This document shows, one piece after another, positions 1 through 11,202 of a stretch of 64,000 nucleotides of DNA (its first letter is position 1; each line of letters begins with the position of its first letter). The notes under the pieces are model-generated. The model was not told where the DNA came from. It saw nothing but the letters and a program-made list of their open reading frames with translations, and did not search any database. Source of the DNA: Mobula hypostoma (lineage: Eukaryota); assembly GCF_963921235.1 (NCBI RefSeq), contig NC_086097.1, positions 194,744,001-194,808,000 of the forward strand, written 5' to 3'. The position numbers and the translations under genes were made by a program.

Positions 1-292
1 CCAAATTATCCTGTTCTTACCCTCACTGGTACATGGCACAAGTAGTAATCCAGAGATCTAAAATCTCTCTTCAGTGCCTCCTCAACTTGTATACCTCTGT
101 AACTGATGCCAATATGTACCAAGACTTCTGGCTACTCACACTCACCCTTGAGAATGCCATGGACATGATCTGAGACATCCCTGATCCAGGCAACTGTGAG
201 GCAACATACCATCCAACTGTCTCTACTGCACCCACAGAACCTCATCTCTGTTCCTCTAATATGGAATCCCTTATCAATACTGTGGTCCTCTT
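1..292 (-). mobile_element. Decayed CR1 LINE fragment (ORF1 esterase region), host of the L1 insertion; resumes at ~5312-5480
   Basis: Similar by eye to the CR1 ORF1 region at 29180-29460 (e.g. gagacatccctgatccaggca vs gagacatcccggacactggca); continues on the far side of the L1 TSD. Confidence 0.65.
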
Positions 293-660
293 CACCCCTC
301 TGCTTTCTTTTTTTTTAAATCTTTTTATTGAGTAAGTATACAAAAAAGGTAAGCCATATAAACATTAATACAATGTTAAAATATAATAAAATTCCAAAAG
401 GTATCAATACCAAAAAAATACTACAAACAATGTAATTTAAACATAAGAAACCGAGATAACATAATAGTATACTAAATTTTATATATATCAATGGAAAAAA
501 AAGAAAAAAAAAACCCCCCAAAAAAAACCCACCATGCAACTAACTAAAAGCAAGGCAAAGCAATGGGCTAACTTGAAACCAAACAGAGTTAAACTTAAAA
601 TCACGTCCTCAATCCCGACCTCCATTAAAAACAGTGAAAAAAAAACAAGAAGGGTAAATA

Positions 661-2796
661 TTACATTAAATGAAAATATCGAATAAAAGGTCCCCAAATC
701 TGTTCAAATTTAAATGAAGAATCATAAAGGTTACTTCTAATTTTCTCCAAATTCAAACATAAAATCATCTGAGAAAACCAAAAAAAGGTAGTTGGAGCAT
801 TAAGCTCTTTCCAATGTTGTAAAATACATCTTTTCGCCATTAAAGTAAGAAATGCAATCATTCTACGGGCTGAAGGGGAAAGATTACTAGAAATTTTAGG
901 TAGTCCAAAGATAGCAGTAATAGGGTGAGGAGAGATATCTATATTTAATACCTTAGAAATAATATTGAAAATATCTCTCCAAAAAGTTTCCAAAGTAGGG
1001 CAAGACCAAAACATATGAGTTAAAGAGGCTATCTGCCCCGAACATCTATCACAGAAAGGATTAATATGCGAGTAAAAACGTGCTAACTTATCTTTGGACA
1101 TATGTGCTCTATGAACCACTTTAAATTGAATTAGGGAATGTTTAGCACAAATAGAGGAAGTATTAACTAATTGTAAAATCTGCCCCCAATCATCCACAGA
1201 AATGGTAAGCCCCAATTCCTGTTCCCAATCTACCCTAATCTTATCAAATGGAGCTTTCCTAAGTTTCATAATAATATTATAAATCATAGCCGATGCACCT
1301 TTCTGATATGGATTGAGGTTAATTATCGAATCTAAAATATATGTAGGAGGAAGCATTGGAAAGGAAGAAAGTATAGTCCTTAGGAAATTTCTAACTTGTA
1401 AATATCTAAAAAAATGTATTCTTGATAAGTTATATTTATTAGATAATTGTTCAAAAGACATAAGGGAACCATCTAAAAATAAATCCAAAAACCGTAAAAT
1501 ACCCTTAGTCTTCCAAGTTTGAAAAGCGCGATCCGTAAAAGAGGGAGGAAAAAATATGTTACCTAAAATAGGAATCGCTAACCCGAATTGATTAAGATCA
1601 AAAAATTTTCTGAATTGAAACCAAATGCGCAAAGCATATTTAACTATCGGGTTAGAGACCTGCTTAAGGCGTTTCGAATCAAAAGGGAGAGAGGAACCTA
1701 AAATAGAGCCAAGTGTATAACCCTGAACAGATTGTAATTCCAATGCTACCCATTTAGGAATAGATAGTATATCCTGGTCAAGTAACCAAAATTTCATATG
1801 TCGAATATTAATAGCCCAATAATAGAATCTAAAGTTAGGTAATGCTAAACCTCCATCTCTCTTAGCTTTCTGTAAATGTATTTTACCCAGTCTCGGATTC
1901 TTATTCTGCCAAATAAATGAAGAAATTTTAGAGTCAACTTTATCAAAGAAAGATTTTGGAACGAAAATTGGTAATGCCTGAAATACATATAAAAATTTTG
2001 GCAAAAAAAACATCTTAACTGCATTAATACGACCAATCAAAGTTAAATATAAGGGAAACCATTTAGATGAAAGTTGAGTAATATGGTCTATTAATGGTAA
2101 AAAGTTAGTCTTAAATAAATCTTTGTATTTACAAGTAATTTTAATCCCAAGATATGAAAAATAATTATTAATCAATTTAAATGGAAATTTATAATATAAG
2201 GGAAGATGTTTATTAATCGGAAAAAGTTCACTCTTACTAAGATTTAATTTATAACCTGAGAAAAAAACCAAATTGTGCTAATAACTCTAAAACAGCAGGA
2301 ATGGATTTCTCAGGATTAGAAATATATAAAAGTAAATCATCAGCATAGAGTGATAATTTATGGGACTTTAATCCCCGAGTTATCCCAGTAATATTTGAAG
2401 ATTCTCGAATAGCAATTGCAAGAGGTTCTAATGCAATATCAAATAATAGGGGACTAAGAGGACAGCCTTGTCGAGTACCACGAAAGAGAGGAAAAAAAAG
2501 GTGAGTTTAAAGAGTTAGTACGAACCGAGGCTACAGGGGAATGATATAACAGTTTAATCCAGGATATAAATTTCAAGCTAAAATTAAACATTTCAAGCAC
2601 CTTAAATAAATAAGGCCATTCTACTCTATCAAAAGCTTTCTCGGCATCTAAAGAAATAACACACTCAGGAACATTTTGTGAGGGAGTATAAACGATATTT
2701 AACAATGTACGAATATTATAAAAAGAGTAACGACCTTTAATAAAACCCGTTTGGTCTTCCGAAATAATAGAAGGAAGTACTTTTTCTAGTCTATTT
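661..2796 (-). pseudogene. L1 ORF2 C-terminal half (RT domain and C-terminal Cys/His motif)
   Basis: [40 protein letters not shown] and CDRC..SLTHMFWSC motifs; two frameshifts in A homopolymers near 2495 and 2263. Confidence 0.92.
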
Positions 2797-2916
2797 CCAG
2801 CGCTGCTGTACCCTGCACGTCTAAGGATTCGCATGTCAGATGGAGCCCTTCGTTTTTTTGATTCTCCATCGGATGCCCAGAGTTATCTGGATCAACTTTC
2901 ATCTTCAACATCTTAA
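2797..2916 (+). pseudogene. L1 ORF1 C-terminal fragment
   Basis: Translates PALLYPARLRIRMSDGALRFFDSPSDAQSYLDQLSSSTS*, matching the L1 ORF1p C-terminal YPARLRI motif. Confidence 0.85.
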
Positions 2917-3633
2917 TTGCTTTTTTTTAATTATCTCCGTTGATCGGAGGCTGTGAATTGGTTGGTTTTAACTTTTTCGTGCCCTATTTGGGCAGAAAAG
3001 TTTATTTTTGATTTCTTAATATGGTTGCTAAACTTTCTTTTTAACTGCGTCATTTCTTTCTTTTCCCAGGGGATTCTGGGTGGTTACTTCCTTTTTGTCA
3101 TCTTACGTATTTCCCGTGTGGCCTTAAATTTTGTATTTTTTAAAAATTTTATTCTGTTTTGCTTTTTATAACCACTTTATGTTAATAATCTTATTTTTTC
3201 TTGTTGCTGTGTTTATTCATGGGTTTGAGGTTTATTGTGGTTTTTTTTAAATATATATTTTCTGGCTTTTGTTCTGTTCTGTGTGTATTTTAATTGAGCT
3301 ACCATTTTTTTACTTTTTTACTGTTTTACAATTAGCTGATCTTTTTCATATTTATACCTTTTTTTTTAGGGAGCGTATACCGGAAGTCATGGGGGTAGTT
3401 TTAGCGCTTGCTTCTTTCTGGCGGGTCTGCTTTAGATTTTGCCTTGGGGTCTTGGGGTGGGGGGTGGTGGGAGGGGCTTCACGTTTTAGTTTGTTTCTCT
3501 TTGGGCTATATACATTATTGAAGTACTGGTTGCGTCCTTTTTCCCGGTATCTTTTGTATGTTCTGTTTCCTCTCCTGATTTGTGGGTCGCGCCTATCGTC
3601 AATCCTCCTTGTTGTGGGTTGACTTTAGGATTT

Positions 3634-5313
3634 ATGGAGTCTATTATTAATTTTGTCTCCTGGAATACTAACGGTCTTAATCATCCTATTAAAAGGAAAA
3701 AAGTTTTTAAAGTGTTCCGGAGACTTAAAGCACAAATTTTATTTTTACAAGAGACCCATGTACGGAGGGGGGACAGACTACGTTTTTTCAAATTCTGGAA
3801 GGGACAACAATTTCATTCGAACTCCAATGCTAAGATTCGAGGCGTCTCTATTTTTATAGATTCCTCAGTTACTTTTATACAACAGGATATTATTTCTGAT
3901 CCGAATGGTAGATTTTTATTGGTTAGTGGTTTACTATTTAATAAAAAAGTAGTTTTGGTTAATGTTTATGCTCCTAATATGGATTGTCCGGAATTTTATA
4001 AATCATTGTTTGATCAGTTTCCGAATTTGAACGAGTTTTCATTGATCTGGGGCGGAGATCTTAATACCTGTTTGTCTCCAGCTTTGGACCGTTCGGCTCC
4101 TTTACGGACTTTACCTAATAAATCTGCAAATTTGATTAATTTTTTCCTTTCTGATTCTGGGTCGACGGACATTTGGCGTTTTCTGCATCCTCAGGAAAAA
4201 GATTTTTCCTTCTTTTCACATGTTCATCATTCCTATTCAAGAATTGATTATTTTTTCATTGATTCTTGTCTTATTCCTTCAGTGATTAAATGTGATTATG
4301 ATTCTATAACCATTTCGGATCATGCTCCACTTAAGCTTTCTATTAAAATTATGGCCAATATACCAAATAATAGACAATGGCGTTTTAATTCGCTGTTGCT
4401 TCAGGACTCGGACTTTGTTAATTTTATGAATGAACAGATTGAGCTTTTTTTTATAATTAACCATACAGAAGATATTTCGGTTAACACTCTTTGGGACACT
4501 TTTAAAGCCTATATTCGGGGTCAGATTATTTCGTATTCTGCTGCTTTGAGGAAGAAACAGAAGCAGGAGGAGATGGCAATTGTGGACAAGATTAAAGAAA
4601 TTGATAAGAAATATGTTATGGCTCCTTCTGAGGAGTTATACAAACAAAGAACTGAACTTCAAATGGAACACAGTTTACTACTCTCGTCCTCGATTGTAAA
4701 CCAATTAAAGAAAACAAGAAGTGACTTTTATGTTCACAGTGACAAAATTGGCAAGCTGCTGGCTAATCAATTGAAATCTAATTATGTTAAATCTCAAATC
4801 AATCAGATTTATAACCAAAATGATCGATTGATACTGGATCATGTGGGGATTAATCAAACCTTTTGTGATTTTTATTCTTCTTTATATCAATCAGAGTCTC
4901 CTCGAGATTCTAAATATATGAATGATTTTTTAGATAAGTTAGACTTCCCTCAGATTTCACAGGATATGTCTTCTTTATTAGATACTTCCATTACAATGGA
5001 TGAGATTAAGAATGTTATTTTTTCTATGAATCTGGGGAAAGCTCCTGGCCCGGATGGGTTTACCGTTGAATTTTATAAATGTTTTGCTTCTTTATTGATT
5101 CCTTGGCTCTGTAGGGTTTTTGAGGCTTCTTTGAAACTTGGTAAACTTCCTGAATCTTTTAATAGAGCATCAATTTCTCTAATACTAAAGAAGGATAAAG
5201 ACCCTGCTCAATGTGCATCTTATAGACCAATATCTTTATTAAATGTTGATTCTAAAGTTTTTTCTAAGTTATTAGCAAATAGACTAGAAAAAGTACACCC
5301 CTCTGCTTTCTGA
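3634..5313 (+). CDS. L1 ORF2 N-terminal half (APE endonuclease plus start of RT), open but truncated at the inversion point
   Basis: ATG at 3634; SWNTNGL, FLQETH, NVYAPN, GGDLN, SRIDYF, SDHAP, KAPGPDG, YRPISLLN motifs; stop codon at the TSD edge. Confidence 0.9.
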   Translation: MESIINFVSWNTNGLNHPIKRKKVFKVFRRLKAQILFLQETHVRRGDRLRFFKFWKGQQFHSNSNAKIRGVSIFIDSSVTFIQQDIISDPNGRFLLVSGLLFNKKVVLVNVYAPNMDCPEFYKSLFDQFPNLNEFSLIWGGDLNTCLSPALDRSAPLRTLPNKSANLINFFLSDSGSTDIWRFLHPQEKDFSFFSHVHHSYSRIDYFFIDSCLIPSVIKCDYDSITISDHAPLKLSIKIMANIPNNRQWRFNSLLLQDSDFVNFMNEQIELFFIINHTEDISVNTLWDTFKAYIRGQIISYSAALRKKQKQEEMAIVDKIKEIDKKYVMAPSEELYKQRTELQMEHSLLLSSSIVNQLKKTRSDFYVHSDKIGKLLANQLKSNYVKSQINQIYNQNDRLILDHVGINQTFCDFYSSLYQSESPRDSKYMNDFLDKLDFPQISQDMSSLLDTSITMDEIKNVIFSMNLGKAPGPDGFTVEFYKCFASLLIPWLCRVFEASLKLGKLPESFNRASISLILKKDKDPAQCASYRPISLLNVDSKVFSKLLANRLEKVHPSAF

Positions 5314-5910
5314 GCCACAACAGCAGACTTAGTGCCAGAGACCCTGTGATAGGTCATTCCCCCTCAACAGCATCTGAATTTGTATACATTTTGAGGAGAA
5401 CGGTGACAGGAGTGCTCTGCACTGGCTCTGTATTTGCCTTTCTTCTACTGACAGTCACCCAATTACCTGTCTCCTGCAACCCAGGGTTTAAAACTGGTAA
5501 GAACTGTGCTACAGGCAGAGCCAAGTACACTCATTTCTAAATTGCTCAGAACATTCCGACTATTCTAGTCATGTTTAGTATTGTGGCTTTCTGGAGATTT
5601 ACATTAATATTATTCTGTCAGCCTAATTGTTTAATGCTATTGTAGTGACTTTAGAATGAAAGCAGTTGGGACAATGTATACCCTGCTCATGTCTTCCAGT
5701 TTCCTCTTTTAATTCGGCATAATTTCTGGGGTTTTTTAATTACTGATTTCTGTGTGTTATGTGTATTTGAATGGCTATATCTATTAAGAAAGTTGTTCTT
5801 GCTTGTTTATCCTGTAATATTATATACAGATGGATATTATGGATTTTCTGTCTGTAATAATGGATCAGTGGTCATATAATTTGTAGGGCTCTGACTCTAA
5901 AACTGTATCA

Positions 5911-7440
5911 GGCTCTGTAAGAGTCCTCTGTTTGAAGAGCAGAGCTACAGTGGTGCTTAACAGTGATTCCTTCAAGCTCACATGCGGAAACAGCTTAGTT
6001 ACTACCTTTAGTAGCTCTCTTTTTCCTTTTGAAAGTGAATGTGGTTTTGTCAGAGATCCTGATCTAGAGTTACATTCAGATTTCATTTCTTTGCTGTGAC
6101 AGGACCCACTGCCGGGTTCTCATGAGTGGCCACTTTTCAATATACCAAGGATGCACCCAGAGCATGAGCACGACTTTGGGGTTCCGAGGCTTCAGGGCCC
6201 TGTGGACGAGTCGATTCTATGCTGGAGAAAATGAATCATTGGAAATAGTGAATTGATTGTACTTGGTGAATCATGCTCCCTCTCTCATTGGTGGGGGAGT
6301 GTTTGTTGCTGGTTCTTGAGTCGGAGAACTCGAAAAAAAAAGCAAAGTGGCAGACTTTATCATCACAAATCAGCGAGTTGTTTTGTTATGATTCCCCTCT
6401 TGCTGTGAAAGGGTGACACTTTTCTCTCCCTTTATTGGGGAGAGAGAGCCTGTAATATGTCAAAATGTTTTAGATTATGAGGACACGCAGTTCTCTTTTA
6501 TTGTCATTTAGTAATGCATGCATTAAGAAATGATACAAAGTTTTTCCAGAATGATATCACAGAAACACATGACAAACCGACTTAAAGCTGACAAAAACCA
6601 CATAATTATAACATATAGTTACAACAGTGCAAAGCAATACCGAAATTTGATAAGAACAGACCATGAGCACGGTAAAAGTCTCAAAGTCTCTCGAAAGTCC
6701 CATCATCTCACGCAGACGGTGAACCTCCAGCACTGTAAACTTGCCGATGCAGCATCCTGGAAGCATCCAACCACAGTCCGACTCTGAGTCGGTCCGAAAA
6801 CTCCTAGCCTCCGACCAGCTCTCCGACACCAAGCACTGAGCACCATCTCTGCCGAGCGCTTCGACCCCGGCCCCGGCAACAGGAAATAGGCAAAGCCAAG
6901 GATTTGGGGCCTTCCCCTCCGGAGATTCTTGATCGCACAGTAGCAGCAGCAGTGAAGCAGGCATTTCAGAAGTTTCTCCAGGTGTTCCTCTGTGCTTCTC
7001 ACAGCTGTCTCCATCAAATCAGGATTGTGCACGGCCCCCTAGTTAACACATATCGATATCACTCGGAACGGCTGCGCGCACTGCGTCGCGTCGCCATCTT
7101 CTCCTCCAATGATTAGCTTTGAGTCAATGATTAGCTTTGGGTCAATGGTCAGCTTTTGTTGTACTGCAGATCATGGTCTTTCTTGGGGGCTTTGCTATTG
7201 GTTGCTTGGCAGGTGGAGGTGCTGATGCTTTTTTTGCTGGTGTGGGAGGAGGAAGAACATTGCTTTGCTGCTGTTTATACATGGGAGGGGCAGTGGGGGG
7301 ACTTTGGAATTCTAACATTTTTACTGTCACTCATTCTTTGGGGTATTATTATGTTTTTGTGGATGTCTGCGAAGAACAAGAATTTCAGGTTTGTATATTG
7401 TATACGTTTCTCTGATATTAAATGGAACTATTGAACTATA
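5911..7440 (+). mobile_element. Unclassified non-coding retroposon inserted in the R4 element and itself interrupted at 6470-7107
   Basis: R4 sequence resumes either side; ends attaaatggaactattgaactata, a short tandem tail. Confidence 0.5.
6470..7107 (-). mobile_element. Non-autonomous non-coding retroposon, copy 1 (apparently complete)
   Basis: Homologous to 10640-11200 and 59309-59890; minus strand starts GGAGGAGAAGATGGCG and ends AATAAA, hairpin, AATCT tail. Confidence 0.8.
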
Positions 7441-8289
7441 ACTTGTATTTATAGTAAGGTATGGTGTCTTTTATAAGTTTGTATTTTAAAGCAAGGTTTT
7501 GGTGAATAATACTTGCCACTTGATTGTATCTGTGAAAGTAATCACTATGGCAGGATCCTGTAATGGGTTGGATTGTTTCTTATTTCTCTTGGCATTTTCT
7601 ACATTTATCATCTTAAATTCATTAGCCTTTTATTGTGTAGTTTGGTAATTTTTTGTGCTTACCACCTGGTCCTGTATTTCAACCAGGAACCCCTCTGTTT
7701 CTGGGAAGAGGTCTCCAACTCTGAGCCAGGCATTCAATGCTTCCTGGTTGACATCTAGTCTGTTCAGATGTCTTCCATGGAGGGCCATGCTCTTCCATTG
7801 GTTAACTTTTTCCTCTATAGTGATCATTTCTTCATTTTCCTGAGTTATGTTTTCATTTAAGTTTAATGGTGTGTATTTATCAGAATTGCATATGCACGTC
7901 TGGAGTGCTGAATTCTGTTTTCATTGATGAAAATATACACTTAGGAGTTTTATCTGTCTGTTGTGTGATTTTTTTATGTCTATTATTCTTCTTTCTCCTT
8001 CTATCCTGGGTACTGTTAATCTAAGAACATTCAAATGTGCATGGTGTTTTCTAAAATGTGTTATTTCAAGTTTTTATTTTTCTTTGTAAATTTTCTCAGA
8101 TCAGTTTTGGACCGAGATATTATGCCAAAAGACCATGTTAGTATGGGTATAGCAAAAGTGTTTATTGCCTTTCTTATATTTTTACTATGAGCTGTGTTTG
8201 GCAGATTTTCTTAATCCTTGAAGTAAATTCTGCCAAAAATTTTCCCTTTATTGCACTATGATCTATGTTCTATTCTTGCTGATATCCTA

Positions 8290-8738
8290 GATACTCAGGT
8301 CACTCGTCTGAGTGCTACTGGTACCATGTAACCCAGTACTACCTGTCGCATGGTCGGGTGGTCGGTGACCAAACCGGCTCCCCCACCAGGCTTGCCTGGT
8401 GAGGAGGGTGGCTAGACAGCCTGCAGGATGAAAAACAAGACCTGTCAAAGGGAGGATGAACCCTCTCGCAGGGTCAACGGCCATCCAGCAAACACGTGCC
8501 ATGAAGCGCGGAAAGGGCATCCCTTGCATCGAAGCTTGGTCTGGCCATTCATTGCAACAGAACTTCCCCAGCCATCTTGAACCCCACCATGCTGCTGGAT
8601 CCAGGAGGGGATGTTGAGAGGGTGGGTATGGACCTGTGCAACCCCCTACTCACCTAAAACCAACTCACGCACACGATGTTCCTTTCTGAGGAGTCGGGTA
8701 TCACCCCACTATCTGACTGAAAGGAACCATCTTCATCC
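8290..8738 (+). mobile_element. GC-rich unclassified non-coding repeat, probably a retroposon with a 3' stem-loop
   Basis: Abrupt composition change; hairpins at ~8383-8400 and 8678-8727; short catcttcatc tail. Confidence 0.4.
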
Positions 8739-8742
8739 TATG

Positions 8743-8820
8743 GGATAGAGATAGAGATAGAGATAGAGATAGAGATAGAGATAGAGATAGAGATAGAGAG
8801 AGAGACAGACAGACAGACAC
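8743..8820. repeat. Compound microsatellite (GATAGA)n(GA)n(CAGA)n
   Basis: Directly visible. Confidence 0.95.
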
Positions 8821-8859
8821 TTAGATGTTTTGTATTCATCCATCAGCTGTATTGTAGAT

Positions 8860-10285
8860 AGGTAAATAGGTACCTTATTGATCCCAAAGGAAATTACAGT
8901 GTCACAGTAGCATTACAAGTGCCCAGATATAAATATTAGAAGGTAAGTAGAAAGAATAAAAGAATAAGTTACCACTAACAGTCTAACAGGCGGGTGTGAT
9001 CACTTCCCTGGCTATAGGTTGACTCATTATTGAGCCTGATGGCCGAGGGTGAGAATGACCTCATTTAGCACTCTTTGGAGCAGTGCAGTTGCAGTACTAA
9101 ATGTGCTCCTCTGTTCAGCCAAGGTGGCAGGCAGAGTGTGAGAAACATTGTCCGGAACTGTCAGGATTTTCCATTGGGTCCTTTGTTCTACTGCAGCCCC
9201 TAGTGTGTCCTGTTTGACTCCTATAACAGAGCCAGCCTTTCTAGTCAATTCATTGAGCCTGTTGTCATCACCCGTGTCAGTGCCATAGCCCCAGCACATC
9301 AGTACACAGAAGATTATACAGGGAACAACAAACTGGTAGAACATGTGAAGAAGAGGCCTGCATATTTCAAAGGAACTCAGTCTCCTCAGGAAGTCGAAGT
9401 GACTCTGGCCTTTCTTGTATACAGCCTCTATGTTGGTGCTCCACTCAAGTCTGTCATCCAGGTGCAGCCCAGGTACTTGTAGGTCTTCACCACATCCATG
9501 TCCTCACCATCAATAGTAACAGGGAGCACTGCAGGCTTAGTCTTCCTAAAGTCCATCACCACCTCCTGTGTCTTACTAATGTTGAACTGGAGATAATTCA
9601 GCTTGCACCATTTGACAAAGTCCTTCACCAGGGCCCTGTATTCATCCTCCCATCCTCCCTTTATACACCACACCATTGCTGAGTCATCAGAGAATTTCTG
9701 CAGATGATATTACTCAGTGTTTTATCTAAAGTCTGAGGTATACAGGGTAAACAGCAAGGGAGCCAATATAGTCTCCTATGGGGCCCCTGTGCTGCTTACA
9801 GCCATGTCTGACACACATCTCTGAAGCTGCACATACTGTGGTCTGTCAGTCAGGTAGTCCATTATCCAGGATACAATGGTAGTGCCAACCTGCACTGAAT
9901 GGAGCTTTTCTCCCAGCAATGAGGGCCGTATGGTATTGAAGGTACTTGAGAAATCAAAAACTTGACCCTCACAGTGCAGCCCTTCTTATCCAAATGGGAA
10001 TAGGCTCTGTTCAGCTAATGTCTTCATGATATGTGAGGTCAGGACCACTGGATGTTAGCAATTCAAGACTTTTGGGTTGGCCCTTCTCAGCTACTGAGAC
10101 CACACATGACATTTTTCGCACAGTCAGGACCCTTTCCAGCTGAGACTCAGATTGAAAACGCGCTGGAGAACTCCACACAGCTGCCCAGCACACTCCTACA
10201 GGACCCTGGGAATCACACCATCCAGTCCCAATGTTTTGTCATGTCTGAGTTTCCCCAGGGCCCTTCTCACCTGCTCAGTAGTGAT
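8860..10285 (-). mobile_element. Rex1/Babar-type LINE 3' fragment (RT)
   Basis: EYRALVKDFVKWCKLNYLQFNISKTQEVVMDFRK..YKYLG and RLNELTRKAGSVIG motifs; KFSDDS region at ~9680-9700. Confidence 0.75.
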
Positions 10286-10639
10286 GACTGGGGAGTTGTT
10301 GAAAGGTGGGGGCTGGGGGAGGTGAAGTTTGGGATGATAGCAGTTAGCATACGGAGGTGTGGATGGAAGGTGCGGGGCAAAGAAAGAATGTCGACAGTGA
10401 CATTAATATTCGAGACGTTGATAGAAACAGTGACCAATCAGTGAAAGTCTGCATGGGATTGGTTGTTAGCTAACAATTGATTACCAGCTGTTTGATTCAG
10501 CTCAGTGTAACACCTCCCACTTGAAGATGATTATTTATAGGATTTGAGTTGAGGATTGATTTGGAATTTGGATTGGAACAGCGGGCATATGGTGATTAGT
10601 CCTTCTTCATGGTAGCAGGCTGTTACTTTCAGTGAGGCT

Positions 10640-11200
10640 GAGCTGACAAAAACCACATAATTATAACATATAGTTACAACAGTGCAAAGCAATGTCGTAG
10701 TTTGATAAAGAACAGACCATGGGCACAGTAAAAACAAGTCTCAAAGTCTCTTGAAAGTCCCATCATCTCACGCAGACAGTTGAAGGAAGAAAACTCTTCC
10801 TGCCATGAACCTCCAGCGCCGCAAACTTGCCGATGCAGCACCCTGGAAGCACCCGACCACAGCCGACTCTTGAGTCTGTCCAAAAACTTCGAGCCTCCGA
10901 CCAGCCCTCCGACACCGAGCACCGAGCACCATCTCTGTCGAGCGCTTCGACCCTGGCCCCAGCCACCAAGCAACAGACAAAGCCAAGTATTTGGGGCCTT
11001 CCCTCCGGAGATTCTCGATCGCATAGCAGCAGCGGCAGCGAAGCAGGCATTTCAGAAATTTCTCCAGGTGTTCCTCCGTGCTTCTACGTCTGTCTCCATC
11101 AAATCAGAATTGTGCACGGTACCCTACTTAACAAATACAGATATCATTCCACAGCGGCCGCGCGTGCTGCTTCGTACTGCCAACTTCTCCGCCCCTCCCC
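10640..11200 (-). mobile_element. Non-autonomous non-coding retroposon, copy 2 (3' end missing)
   Basis: High similarity to 6587-7107. Confidence 0.8.
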
Positions 11201-11202
11201 TC

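Larger units (their letters stand above)
308..5295 (-). mobile_element. LINE-1 retrotransposon, 5'-truncated and 5'-inverted
   Basis: Poly-T tail at ~308-316; TSD cacccctctgctttct at 293-308 and 5296-5311; ORF2 3' half on minus (661-2796); ORF1 end, spacer and ORF2 5' half on plus (2797-5296). Confidence 0.95.
5495..8285 (-). mobile_element. Decayed R4/Dong-clade non-LTR retrotransposon (restriction-like endonuclease type), interrupted at ~5911-7440
   Basis: WKSMALHGRH..WLRVGDLFPETEGFLVEIQDQV at 7630-7827; 5520-5910 is homologous to the endonuclease region of the copy at 54540-54990. Confidence 0.75.

Noticed and set aside
2454..2834. 126-aa ORF as an independent gene
   Set aside because: Chimeric across the L1 inversion junction at 2796/2797
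3580..3633. N-terminal extension of ORF2 in the ORF track
   Set aside because: Non-ATG start; the L1 EN domain begins at ATG 3634
6557..7116. Recurrent ORFs (MPASLL..., MHNPDL...) in the three-copy retroposon
   Set aside because: Frames and lengths differ among copies; no recognisable domain
8300..8425. HDV-like ribozyme at the element head
   Set aside because: Could not assign P1, P2 and P3 convincingly by eye
8686..8727. CTGAGGA...GAAA as a hammerhead ribozyme
   Set aside because: Extra T before GAAA and no helix III or cleavage triplet; a bulged hairpin explains the sequence better
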